DNA of 64,000 nt, taken from the NCBI GenBank assembly GCA_030390025.1, contig CM059432.1, forward strand, positions 69,628,001 through 69,692,000, written 5' to 3'. The translations under genes were made by a program, and so were the position numbers. The number at the start of each line of letters is the position of its first letter. The stretch's first letter is position 1. Source of the stretch: Squalus acanthias. Lineage: Eukaryota. Below the pieces are notes generated by a model. That model was not told where the DNA came from, ran no database searches, and saw nothing but the letters and a program-made list of their open reading frames with translations. Shown here piece after piece: positions 24,226-37,070 of the stretch.

Positions 24226-25056
24226 GGGCTGGATTTTTTGAATGGAGACGAGTTGGAGGTGGGACAGCTGCTTGTCGTGTCAATGTCCCGCCTCCATTCT
24301 CTCCTGACCAACCAGAGGGATTTTCCCCTGATTGAGCTTGTTAAGCCCGCCCTGCAGGCTCAGCAGGCCAATTAGGGAGGAAGTCACTGACCAATCACGT
24401 CAACGTCAGATGTGCTATCTGTCAAGACTTCTTCAAAGAAGAAATGTCAGCGTTTGACAGCTCTGTGAAGCTGTCAAACACTGACATTCTCTTTAGTTTG
24501 AAGAGACCTTGTGTTCAGGACTCATCAAACCTTTCAAATTTGTAAATTTCACACGGCTGTTGGAATGGAGGTTCTAACAGCCAGTCTGTGAAATTGACAA
24601 GCAGGATGTCAGCTCTCCCGATCCACTGCGGCTAAAGGCTGTAGAAAGAAAACAAAGTAAGTGAACACTTTTTTAAACTTCTCACTCACCTTGCATACTT
24701 AGCACTCCACCCTTGCACCCATCACCCACCTCTACACTTTACTTCCAGGTGCCTCCAACCACCGCAGACCTCCTCCATGTCTCCTCCAACCCGGCGGGGT
24801 TCTCCGAGGTCGGGAAGCCTTCACCTGTGAAGGTAAAATGGCTTAATCCTTTTTTCTGCCTGTTAGGCAGTTAAAAGGATTAAATGCCTTTCCCGCCTCC
24901 AGGAGACGGGACCCAAAGCTGCACATCTTCCCGCCTCCGAGCAAAAGGGCTTGGAGGCGGGATGGGGGCGGCTTTGCCAGCCGCCCCCACTTTCTCCGAG
25001 TTTACCGGCTGTCCCGCCTCCATGCCCGCCTCCTCGGGGCTTGGAAAATCCAGCCC
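24226..25056. mobile_element. Non-autonomous Harbinger-type element (GGGCTGGATTTT family)
   Basis: TIRs gggctggatttt / aaaatccagccc with TSD TAT. It interrupts CR1 ORF2. Confidence 0.9.
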
Positions 25057-27253
25057 TATGTGTCTGTAGAAGACACAAAAAGCATAACAGAAATAGTGGG
25101 GAACCAAGGGGCTAATAAGAGTGAGGAACTTAAAGTAATTAATATCAGTAGAGAAAAAGTACTTGAGAAATTAATGGGACTAAAAGCTGGCAAATCCCCT
25201 GGATCTGATGGCCTACATCCTAGGGTTCTAAAAGAGGTGGCTGCATAGATAGTTGATGCCTTGGTTATGATCTTCCAAAATTCCCTAAATTCTAAAACGG
25301 ATTGGAAGGTAGCAAATCTAACCCCGCTGTTCATGAAAGGAGGGAGAGAGAAACCAGGGAACTACAGGCCAGTTAGCCTGACATCAGTCATCAGGAAAAT
25401 GTTGGAATCAATTATTAAGGAAGTGGTAAGAGGGCAATTAGAAAATTATAATATGATTAGGCAGAGTCAACATGGTTTTATGAAAGGGAAATCATGTTTA
25501 ACAATTTATTAGAGTTTTTTGAGGATGTAACTAGCAGGGTAGATAAAGGGGAACCAGTGGGGTGTACTATATTTGGATTTCCAAAAGGCATTTGATAAGG
25601 TAGCACATAAAAGGTTGCTACGCAAGATAAGAGCTCATGCGGTTGGGGGTAATATATTAGCATGGATAGAGGATTGGTTAACGGACAGAAAACAGAGTAG
25701 AGATAAACGGGTTATTTTTCGGCTGGCAGATTGTAACTAGTGGGGTGCCGCAAAGATCAGTGCTTGGGCCTCAGCTATTTACAATCTATATTAATGACTT
25801 TAGATGAAGGGACTGAGTGCAGTGTATCCAAGTTTGCTGACGATGCAAAGCTAGGTAGGAAAGTAAGCTGTGAGGAGGACACAAAGAGCCTGCAAAGGAA
25901 TATAGACAGGTTAAGTGAGTGGGCATGAAGGTTTCAGATGGAGTATAATTTGGGGAAATATGAGGTTATTCACTTTGGTAGGAAGAATAGAAAAACAGAA
26001 TATTTTTTAAATGGTAAGAAACTATTAAATGTTGGTGTTCAGAGAGAATTAGGTATCCTCGTACAGGAAACACAAAATTAGCATGCAAGTACAGCAAGCA
26101 ATTAGGAAGGCAAGTGGCATGTTGGCCTTTATTGCAAGGGGGTTGGGGTACAAGAGTAAGGAAGTCTTACTACAATTGTACAGGGCTTTGGTGAGACTAC
26201 ACCTGGAGTACTGTGCACAGTTTTGGTCTCCATATCTGCAAAAGGACATACACGTCTTAGAGGCAGACAAGCGCAGGACTCGATAGTGCTTTATGTGGTC
26301 CAGCCAGATGTGGCGGTGAATGGCTAAACCAGTTGTCCGCCATATCCGTTCAAGTCTGCATCCCTTGGATTTAAGGGAGCGGAGATGAGGGCCGTACCAG
26401 GGGGAACGGTCAGGGTGAGAGACAGTAATGGTTTTAACGAGAACTAGGGCATCAAAGGTGGAGGTGAGGGTGTGATTAGAAATGACATGGTGAATGGACA
26501 GCCAAAGGCTGAACAGTTGGGATTTTGTAAGTGCAGTTGGAAAGACTGAAGTCATTGTCTTTGGTCCCTGCCACAAACTCCCTTCCCTAGCCACCAACTC
26601 CATCCCTCTCCCTGGCAACTGCCTGAGGCTGAACCAGACTGTTTGCAAGCTTGGTGCCATATTTCACCCCGAGATGAGCTTCTGACCACATATCCATCAC
26701 TAAGACCGCCTATTTCCACCTCCAGAACGTTGCCAGACTCTGCCCCTGCCTCAGCTCATGCGCTGTTGAAACCCTCATCCATGCCTTTGTTACCTCTAGA
26801 TTTGATTAATCCAATGCACTCCTGGCCAGTCTCCCACGTTCTACCCTCCATAAACTTGAGGTCATTCAAAACTTTTCTACCTATGTCCGAACTCGCAACA
26901 AGTCCCGTTCATCCATCACCCCTGTGCTCGCTGACCTACATTGGCTCCCTGTTAAGCAGCGCCTCGATTTTAAAATGCTCAGCCTTGTATTCAAATTCCT
27001 CCATGGACTTGCCCCTCCCTATCTCTGTAATCTCCTCCAGCCCCACAACCCTCCGAGATACCCTCTAATTCTGGCCTCTTGAGCATCCCCAATTTTAATC
27101 GCTCAACCATTGATGGCCGTGCCTTCAGCTGCCAAGGTCCTAAGCTCTGGAATTCCCTCCCTAAATCTCTCCGCCTCTCCACCTCTCTTTTTTCCTTTAA
27201 GATGCTCCATAAAACCTACCTCTTTGACCAAGCTTTTGGTCACCTGTCCTAAT

Positions 27254-30200
27254 GGCCTAGAAATTTTATTCGGCCTGAAAATGGGCGGTGTCACGGGCCA
27301 GTGCAATATGCTTACGCCCGTTCTATGTCGTCGAGGCAAACGCAAAATTCGTGCTGTCTGCTCATAAGAATGATTGCAGTGCTGATCTCAGCGCTAAACG
27401 AGCTGCTGATTGGCTTAGTGCTCAACGGGGGGTGCCAATATTGGGTGCAGTCTAATGGCCAGTAATGTTTGGCCGAGGCTCTCTGGACTACTTAAACGGG
27501 AAGTGGTTTGTTGCAGAAGCACCCCATTGTCATTGTGGATGAAGACATGGCTCGGCAACCAAGGGAGCGAGTACGAAGGTTTTCGGATGCTGCACTGGAC
27601 ACGTTGGTTGTGACCATATAACAAAGGCGGGCTGCCTTGTACCCGCAGTGTGGCAGGAAGCCATCCAAGGCCACTTCCAGAAGGCTATGGGAGGAGATAG
27701 CTGACTCTGTCACGGCCACCAATGTGGTCCTAATGACCTGGATCCAGTGCCGATAAAAGTTTAATGACCTCACATGGTAGATCAAGGTGAGTGAAGGCTT
27801 CAGCAAATGCCATATCCCACCATCTGCACCACAAGCCTCACACACTGCTCAATGCACAATACCCCCATCATTCACCGACCAGCAATCTCTAGCTATCACC
27901 ACTTAAACCTTACAGTCATGGTTTCACGTCACCCTCACAATCTTACCACTGCTGCAACACTCACACCCACATCTCACACCTTGCACACACTGATGGCTAT
28001 TCAACTATGGCAGGCACATCATCCAAACACATTGCACTACACTCACTGACATACTTCTCTTTCTTGCAGGCAAAGGTGGCACAGAACAGGAGGGAGCAGC
28101 AGCAGATGGGAGGCAGCCAAGATGCAATACAGAACCTCACCGACCTGGAGGAATAAGTCCTTGATATCATTGGAGGGGTAGTAACGGAGTCCGTGGCCAC
28201 CGGAGAAGTTGAAGCCGATGCTGATAATGACGATATAGTCATACCTAATCTTTCTTCTCACATCCCACTTCCCCCTCATCCCACAATCTCTTCTCACTTA
28301 CAAGCTGCTGATGGTGTATGCATGGATATCGTGCTTTCCCCCCTCCCTTCACCACAACCCGACCTTTGTGCCTTTTTGCATTCAGATACTCAAGATCTGC
28401 CTGCAGGCCAGCCTGTCCCTGAACTTGTGGAGGAGAGTGATGGAGGAGAAGAAGAAGACACATCAGCACTGCATCTGACACTCGCAGACTGCAGCTCAGA
28501 AAATGGCACTGCGCGGAATTTAGAGAGCAGTCTAGAAGCGGGATCTGCACATGGTGAGGCAGCGGGCATGAGTGGGCTGCAGGCAGGCCAGGGGAAAAGG
28601 GTAGCTCAGGTGCCAGCTTCCCGCATGAATTCTGCTGCTCACGACTCAGATGATGACGTTGGGGCAGCCTTCAGAAAAAGGGTGATGGGCATGCACATGG
28701 AAACACTAGGTGCAATGGCAGGCCTGCCAGAGAGCCTCTTGTCACTGTCAAGGAGCATGGAGGAGTCTGGCTCAAACATTGGACGGGGTTTTGCGTAGAG
28801 CTTGGATTTCCCATGATTTCCAGGATGGAAATGATTGACAACTCCACTAGAGACCTTGTGGATCCAGCCAGGATGCTGGGTGTGATGGGAAATGTCGCAA
28901 CTTCCATTGCAGCACAGGCGGAAGCGACCCAACGTCTCACTGCTGCAGTGGAAGCTCAGACTGCTGCCATTGTCGCTGGGTTTATGAATTTTGAAAGGGG
29001 CTTGCAGGGTGTTGCAGTAGGCTAGCAATCTGTCCTCCAACAGATTGCTAGGAATGCTGAAGCGCCGCCCCGGGGGAGTGGATGTGGGTCTGTGGAGCAA
29101 GAATCTGCTGTCCTTTCTCAGGAAAACAGCATTCCTACTCCCACCCCTGCCACTCTGCTATTGCCCTTGCTGCCGCCTATCAGCCAGCCAGCCCAGACTG
29201 CTGCTGTTCATGTTGAGGTGGTTCAGCCTACAGCCGGGCCTTCTAGGTCCTCAGCTGGTCAACGTCGACATGCAAGGCCATCTGCATTGCCCCTCAGTGA
29301 AAGTCTGCAGCCTTCCACCAGCCATGCTGCAGCCACTTGGAGTGCACTGCATAGGAGCACTAGAGTAGGTAAAGGCACACGAACGAAAGACACTAAGGGA
29401 ATGCACAAGAGTGATCAGTTGATTTTGTAATGTTTATTGGATTTGGATAAATTTATGATTTTTATTTGCAATGTGTGCTTTGTGGTGTTTCTCATTTCAA
29501 CTTTGTGCCTCGGAGGAAAGAGACAAAGGGATGGTATGATGGGGAAGTGGTGAGCAACCGGGATCTGGGGTTTCATTCACTGGAATTGGAGTCCGATGAG
29601 GCGTTCACGGAGAGCCCATCTGGAACAGGCATTTTCTGCCTGCCTCCTCCCTCCTCTTCCTCATGCTCATCCTCTTCCTCTTCTCCCTCCTCCTCCTGAG
29701 GTGGTCCCGCAATCCCTGGTGGCAAGGGCTGCGCCCTCATGATGGCCAAGTTGTGGAGTATGCAGAAGACCACCATGAAATGGGACACCTGCTCCAACGA
29801 GTACTGGAGGGCTCCTCCCGAGCGGTTACGGCAGCGGAATTGTTGCTTGAGCGCCCCGATGGTCTGCTCAATGATGTTCCTGGTGGCAGCATGGCTGTCA
29901 TTATATTAGTGCTGAGCACGAGTGTTGGGGTTGCAGAGGGGAATCATCAGCCAGGTGCAGAGCGGATAACCCTTGTCTTCGAGCAGCCACCCTCGGGTTT
30001 GACGTGGTGGCTGGAAGATTGCTGGCACACCGGATTGGCGCAGGATGAAGGCATCATGACTGCTGCCAGGATAGCGGGTATTCACCATCATGATGCGCTG
30101 GGAGTGGTCGCACACCACCTGCACATTAAGTGAATGGTAACCTTTGCGGTTATGGAACATCTCAGGATTGGTATGTGATGCCCGCAAAACCACGTGTGTG

Positions 30201-30673
30201 AGGTTGATGGCGCCCTGCAAGTAGAACCCCGATGACTGTGAGCAGAAGCCTTTAAATGAAAATGAAGGATTGCATCAACACTCCCTATGACCTCAGGAAT
30301 TTTAAACACGTTTAGAAAGCTGCAAGAGTTGTAGAAAGTTAGACAGAGCCAGGAAAACTGAGAAACCATGTCAGCTGCAAGTTGTTGATTGTGATCCCTT
30401 TAAAGATCGCTGCTGGGGGCTCCTTCCTGCTGCTGAACGCTTGGTCAGCTGGTCGTGATTCAGAGAGGGCGGTAAGTGGAGTGGCGACATCGAAAAAGGG
30501 AGATCGTGCGTCAAATCAGCATTGCACACTCCTTGATGTCATGATGTGCCTCATTTCCATTTCTACAGCGAGTGCTGACCTGCCCAAAATGGCAGCTGCC
30601 GCAGGACCCGGCTGCCATTTTTTCTTCAGATCGGGCCTTAACAGCTGGCATTAAACCCCTGAATTTCTAGGCC
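27254..30673. mobile_element. Harbinger family C element (Myb-like gene on +, 5'-deleted transposase on -)
   Basis: TIRs GGCCTAGAAATT / AATTTCTAGGCC with TSD AAT, inserted in the L2 3' UTR. ORF 29906..30220 has HNRKGYHSLNVQ..YPGSSHDAFIL..EDKGYP. Myb-like exons run from about 27547. Confidence 0.9.
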
Positions 30674-31941
30674 AATATCGCCTTATGTGGCTCGGTGTTA
30701 AATTTTGTTTGATCATGTTCCTGTTAAGCGCCTTGGGATGTTTTACTACATTAAAGGCCCTATATAAATATTAGTAGTTGTTGTTGTTCAGGTGCCACAA
30801 CAGATCTGGAGGTGCCCTTCAATATGCACTAGCCAGGGTCTCTAGAATGACCATGGTGTGCTGCGCTCTGCACAACATAGTGCAGCAGCGAGGTTTAGAG
30901 CTGCAAGAGGAGCAAGGCACAGAGCCGCTTCAGAGGAGGAGGAGGAACGTCATGTGGCCGTGGCATCAGCAGTGGCACACATTGCTGTCCAGGATGCCTG
31001 GGATGGCCTCATAATGGCAAGATTTAGTTAGGTTGCACCTGTGCACCCATCTGGTAGCCATATGCTGAACCCACCTCCCCCTGCTCTCCACCCCCTCCAG
31101 CATAAAGCAGTCCTGCACTCAACTTCGCAGATACCCATTGCTCAGATTTAAGGAAATTAGAGAAATTAGTAAAAAACATAGAATAATAATCATGGGAGAT
31201 TTCAACTACCCTGATATTAATTGGACTGAAGAGGTAGGAAAAGGGGATAAGGGAATGGAGTTCCTACAAGACTCCTTTCTAACCCAATATGTAAAAAGCC
31301 CAACAAGGGAGGATTTGCTATTGGGTCTAGTAATGGGGAATGAACCAGAGCAGATAAGATAAGTAAAAGTAGGGGAACATCTAGGCAATTGTAACCATAA
31401 TATAATACGCTTTAAAATAATAATTGAGAAGGACATAAGTATGACGAAGACCAGGATAATATATTGGAGAAAAGCTGATTTTGTGGGGCTGAGAATAGAA
31501 TTTGGGAAAATAAAATGGACAACAATATTGGCAAACAATGATGTAGAACAGCAATGGGAAACATTTAAAATGGTGTTCAACAGAGTCCAGGAAAAATATA
31601 TTCCACTAAAAAACAAGAACAAGCTGAACACTAATGAGACACCATGGATGAATAAAGCCATAAGGGAAAAATTAAGGGTAAGGAAAGAGGCATACATTAA
31701 GTACATGGACAGCAGGGGAGAGCATGATAAGGGAAAATGCGAAGAGATTAGGAGAGAAGTCAAAAAAACAATTAGGAAGACAGCGGAACTATGAAATTAA
31801 ATTATCAAGGAACATAAAACAAAATAGTAAAATATTTTACAGCCACATCAATAAAAAAAGAAAGGTCAGGCTGGGAATAGGGCCACTAAGGGATGGACAG
31901 GATAATACCACAGGCAGTGATAGAGAGATGGCAGAAATATT

Positions 31942-32224
31942 ACATAGAAACATAGAAACATAGAATCTAGGAGCAGGAGTAGGCCATTCGGCCCGTCGAG
32001 CCTGCTCCGCCATTCAATACGATCATGGCTGATCATCCAAATCCAGTACCCTGTCCCTGCTTTAATCCCCACAGTACACATATCCCACCCTACCCCCGTA
32101 ACCCCACGTATTTAATTCCCCCTAACATATCCCATCCTATCCCCATAACCCCACATATTTAATCCCCCCTAACACTAAGGGTCAATTTATCATAGCCAAA
32201 TCAACCTAACCCACACATTTTTGG
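31942..32224 (-). mobile_element. 5'-truncated copy of the V-SINE at 13061-13476
   Basis: Nearly identical to 13061-13333, including the internal tandem unit. Confidence 0.85.
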
Positions 32225-33611
32225 ACATAATTACTTTGCTTCAGTATTTACCAGGGAGATAGAACAGGTGGACATGACATTGGATCATGAGATTAGTAAT
32301 GAAATAACTGCATTTAAAATAAAAAGAGGAGGTATATTAAATAAACTAATCAAACTCAAAGAGGAAAAAAACCCTGGTCCAGATGGATTACATCCGTGCA
32401 TTTTAAAAGAATCTAGAGAAGGGGTAGCAGAGGCATTACAACACATATTTAATAAATCATTAGAAAAAGGTGTAGTGCCAGAGGACTGGTGGATAGTCAA
32501 CATAATACCTATATTTAAGAAGGGAGATAGACCATATCCAGGGAAATATAGACTAGTCAGCTTAACATCGGTGGCAGGAAAAATAATGGAATCCCTACTA
32601 AAGGAAAAAATAGGAAAACATCTAGAAGCCAAAAACATAACAATGAATAGTCAGCATGGATTTCAAAAGGGAAAGTCTTGCTTGACCAACCTCATTGAAA
32701 TTTTTGAAGAGGTAACAGAGCAAATAGACAAGGGTAATGCAGTAGATGTAATTTATCTAGATTTTCAAAAAGCCTTCGATAAGGTACCACATAATAGACT
32801 AATGAATAAGGTCAGAGAATGCAGAGTCAGGGGACAAGCAGCAGAATGGATAGCTAGCTGGCTTCAAGATGGAAAGCAGAGAGTAGGGGTTAAGGGTAGC
32901 TATTCACAGTGGCAGAAAGTGGGTAGTGGTGTTCCACAAGGATCAGTGCTGGGACCACAGTTCACAATTTATATTAACGAGTTAGACTTTGGAATCAAAA
33001 ACACAATTTCTAAATTTGTGGATGACACCAAATGGGGGGGGGGGATAGTTAATACTGAGGAGGACTGCAACAAATTACAAGAAGACATTGATAAACTAGC
33101 AGAATGGGCATATAATTGGCAAATCAAATTCAACGCAGATAAATGTGAGGTATTACATTTTAGTAGGAAGAATAGGGAGGTCACATTGCTTGGAGGGTGC
33201 AAATCTGGGTGGGGTAGAGGAGCAAAAGGATCCAGGAGTACAAATACACAAATCACTAAAAGTAGTGCCACAGGTTAGCAAGACCATAAAAAGAAAACCA
33301 GGCATTGGTGTTTATTTCTAGAGGGATAGAATTGAAAAGTAGTGAAGTTATGCTAAACTTGTATCGAACCTTGGTTAGATCACACTTGGAGTACTGCGTG
33401 CAATTCTGGTCGCCATATTATAAAAAGGATATAAAGGTACTGGAGAGGGTGCAGAGAAAATTTACATGGATGTTACCAGAAATGCGAGGGTATACCTATC
33501 AGGAAAGGATGAACAGGCTGGGTCTCTTTTTGCTTAAAAAAGGCTGAGGGGTGACCTAATTGAGGTCTTTAAAATTATGAAAGGTTTTGATAGAGTAGAT
33601 ACAGAGAGAGT

Positions 33612-34230
33612 GGACTGGATTGTGATACTGGGGCGGGTTGGGGTCGTGTCATCCACTTTTCGTGTTATCCACCCGACTGCAATTGGATGTGGGAGATTGA
33701 TGCAATTTTCACCTAATTGGGCAATTGAGTTCCAGCATGTGGGAAGCCATGAACCAATTAGTGTTTTGAGTCTGAAAGTCGCCTCTGATGATGTCATCAT
33801 TGCTGCTGCATTGAAGGCCTTCAGAGACTGCCTGGCCTTTGCTGTGAGAGGACCTGGATGCAAAATGAGCAGCAGCCTCCCACATATTATTACACGAGAG
33901 AGAGAGAGAGAGAGAGAGATCCAGCCAAATGTGCTCCCGCCAGGTTTCACAATCGTGTTTCAGAACACGCGTGCTTCACGTAGAACAAGGGTTAAAATCA
34001 CAAATGCCTTTCAAAATGGCATTATAGAGCCAATTTAGTGCTTGTTAAGGGCCTTAACAGCCTATCCCATCTCTTAAAGGCGGGACACAGTCGGGACCAG
34101 TAAACACGATTTCATGAAAATTGCGTGGAGGCGGGATGGAGGTGGACTTGTGCCCGCCCGCCAGTTTTTGCAATTTTAACCCCCCACACGCCTCCAAACC
34201 CGCCTCCACGGGTCAATGAAAATCCAGCCC
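33612..34230. mobile_element. Non-autonomous Harbinger-type element
   Basis: Termini ggactggatt / aatccagccc with TSD AGT. It splits CR1 ORF2 between RVDTER and VFPLVG. Confidence 0.8.
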
Positions 34231-35413
34231 AGTGTTTCCACTTGTGGGGAAGAGCATAACTAGAGTCCATCAATATAAGGTAGTCACCAAGAAATCAAAT
34301 AGGGAATTCAGAAGAAACTTCTTTACCCAGAGAGTGGTGAGAATATGGAACTCACTACCACAGGGGGTAGTTGAGGCAAAGAGTATAGATGTATTTAAGG
34401 GGAGGCTAGATAAGCATCTGAGGGAGAAGGGAATAGAGGGTTAAGCTGATAGAGTTAGATGAGGAAAGACAGGCGGAGGCTTGAGTGGACTGCTTGGGCC
34501 GAATGGCCTGTTTCTGTGCCGTATATCCTATGTAAGACTTGTCTTACCATTCATCACAAGTGAGAAGGCCCCTTGCCAGGCAGCATGCAAGAATGGGCAA
34601 GACGGGAAAGTGGTGCAAAGAAATAATATCTTTGTGGCTCAAAATTTAAACAGAAACTTAACAATGTTACATTTTGTAACACACCCATATGCATACCCTT
34701 GTGCAACTACAAATCGCTGATCTTCCTTTTTCTGCTACTCTTACATCATGCAACCCCTGTGACTTCAGCAGAAGTAGAAGCTGCTCAGATCCCTGTTATG
34801 ACTGCTGAGAAGCTCTTGACCGACGTCCTCTGGGTTTTAAAGCCCGTGAGAGCCCTCCCAAAGACTGCTCCATCTGCACCTGTGCAGGGGCAGACTAGGC
34901 CATCAAGACACGAGGCAGCATGCTGGGCACTGACTGGGGGGTGGGGAGGGGCAACGGATGATAAGTGGAAGCGCTTTGAGCATAGTTTGCACTTCCATGT
35001 CCCCTTTCCTATCTTCCCTCTCATGACCCACCCGCATTTCCCTTCTAGCAATGAGCTGGAGAGCACTTTGCTGCACATCAGTGGGGTGCTGGATGGCTAA
35101 GGCTAAGGTTTCATCAATCCTATCTAAGGCAGCATTCGGAGTGTGCAAGCCATTGGTGAGGGCCAGCATGCACTCATTTGACTGCATCGTTTGATGCTCC
35201 AATCTCCAATCTCTCTGCAAGCATGCACAGTGCGGCTGGAAAGCCTCTCAGTACCTCACACATTTTTTGCTGCTGCTCCAGAATTATCCTTTTCGTCGAC
35301 GGCCCCTGAGGTTCTGCATCCAGTTGAGCAGAGCTTGAGCAGAGAGTCCTGCACCCTTCAACGCAGACTCTCCACTACTGTTCCTGTCTCCACCATCTGC
35401 TATTGCTCACTTG

Positions 35414-36120
35414 TGGGGGGTGATTTTGCCAATGGGGACGTGATGGAGGCGGGACTGCTGCTTGTCAGGTTTTAGTCCCCCCTCCATCGACCTCCGGCCA
35501 ACCCACGTTATTTTCCCTTGATTGACCTTGTTAAGCCCGCCCAGCGGGTTTAGCCGGCCAATTAAGGGAAAGCCGGTGACAGAGAACGTCAGCGTATGAC
35601 GTTTCATCTGTCAAAAAATTTTGATAGATGAGTTGTCATTGTTTGACAGCTTTGAGAAGCTATCAAACACTGACATTCTCTGTTGTTTGGTGAGTTCTTG
35701 TATTCAAGACTCACGAAACCTATTTTCTGAGCAGAAAGCAGATGACTGTTGCATCGGAGAATGCAGCAGCCATTCTGTCATCTCTGCCGGGGAGATGCCG
35801 GAGCCTCTGGATCCACAACGATTGAAGCCTGCAGGAAGAAACAAAGGTAAGTAAACTTTTTCTAACACTTTTCACTCACCTCACATACTTACCTCTCCAC
35901 ACTTGCACCCATCACTTACCTCCACAGCGCACTTTTCGACCCCTCTCACCCCCGCAGACCAACTGCTCACCTCGCTGACCCTGGCGGATTTCCCGACGTT
36001 GGTAAGCCCGCACGTCTGTTGGAAAAATGGGGATAATCCTCTTAACTGCCTGTTAACTACCTGTTGGCATCATGCCATTATTCAGGTTCAAAATGGACAG
36101 CCGCGACTTGAATTTCCATG
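35414..36120. mobile_element. Non-autonomous Harbinger-type element related to 24226-25056, right end unresolved
   Basis: Shares internal motifs (ttgttaagcccgccc, tttgacagc..gtcaaacactgaca, gaaacaaaggtaagt) with 24226-25056. Confidence 0.6.
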
Positions 36121-36176
36121 CGATTCCATGCCAAATTACAGCAGTATTTGTGTTTTATACAGCCAAAAAAATATAT

Positions 36177-37070
36177 GGGGGAAAAATTCGGTTGATTAGC
36201 GCCTCCCTAAGAGGGCGCTAACGGGGCGCAAAGCAACTAGCGTACGAGCGCGGCGATGTTTGCGCCGCTCGTGAAATTGACCAGACCTTTTGCAGCGGCG
36301 TTAAACACTACAGCCACGATCTCCTGCGCCCGCAGATCGTGACGTCAGTCGAGTGTGCAACGCCCAGGACCGGATATTGAGTGGTGCCCCCTGCCTTTCC
36401 GCTTGCCGCTAGCAACGACAGGTAGAGTGGAATGTTTTGCAGTCAGGAAGGTGCTGGGGGAGCGCTATTTAAAGGTGGCCGCTTCCTGTCTTTTTTGTCA
36501 GCGACATTTTTGCACCATGCATTCTGAGAGAGAGAGAGACTTCTGGAGAGATTCAGTGCTGTGTGAAAGAGTTTTGGGTACTGAGCAGCACTTTGCAGGT
36601 TCATTTTGATTTGACCTTCATTGCAGCGATTTAGAAGAGACTTTGGGGGTGCACTGATTCGGGGCGTCGTCCTGCACCTGCAGAATCGGAGGCAGCAGAG
36701 ACGCAGAGAGAGAATGGCAAACATGGCCAGAGGGAGGAGGGCCAACAGGCCTCTGCACAGGAGACCTCACCCTCCCAGGGTATTCCGGGAGCAATTCTCC
36801 TATGTTCATTTGTCTGAGGAGCAGTGTTTGCGCAACTGCGCTTCAGCAAGGAGATGGTCACTGAGCTCTGCCACCTGCTGCAGCCAGATCTGCAGCCTCA
36901 ACTGAGGACCAGGACATCTCTGTCGGTGGCAGTGAAGGTGACAGTGGCTCTGAATTTTTATGCCACTGCCGCCTTTCAAGCATCTACTGGGGACATCGCC
37001 AATATCTCCCAGTTCGCTGTCCATTGTTGTATCTGGGAGGTGACAAATACCCTGTATAAAAGGAGATGCC
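36177..37070 (+). mobile_element. Left half of a family A-related Harbinger (TIR and transposase N-terminus)
   Basis: Terminus gggggaaaaattc and RFSKEMVTELCHLLQPDL..AVKVTVALNF. It is cut by a CR1 and no continuation was found. Confidence 0.8.

Larger units (their letters stand above)
23207..26266 (+). mobile_element. CR1 LINE ORF2 fragment nested in the L2, truncated at both ends
   Basis: Runs from MGDFNL through NYRPVSLTS, QHGF and FADD to LHLEYCAQFWSPY with many stops. Confidence 0.9.
22800..30788 (+). mobile_element. Fragmented L2-clade LINE (endonuclease 22800-23206; inverted piece ~26270-26530; 3' part 26530-27253 and 30674-30788 with (ttg)n tail)
   Basis: Motifs include [22 protein letters not shown], minus-strand SPWYGPHLRSLK..LERIWRTT, and KTEVIVFG..LGAIF. 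The 3' end is aaggccctatataaat..gttgttgttgtt. Confidence 0.8.
31138..34513 (+). mobile_element. 5'-truncated CR1-clade LINE (distinct family)
   Basis: ORF 32268..33278 has PGPDG, YRLVSLTS, YLDFQKAFDKVPH, GVPQGSVLGP and FVDDTK. The 3' UTR is at about 34440-34513. Confidence 0.9.
21137..35413. mobile_element. Harbinger family B element fragmented by nested insertions (pieces ~21137-22799, 30789-31137, 34514-35413)
   Basis: HARBI-like motifs ([26 protein letters not shown]) stop at 22799 and resume as FRC..RSGGALQY at about 30789. Bases 34514-35413 match the Myb-gene end of the 51866-57203 element. No right terminus was found. Confidence 0.8.

Noticed and set aside
33577..34038. 153-aa ORF with an ERERER tract
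   Set aside because: It is read-through from CR1 into a MITE containing a (GA)n microsatellite.
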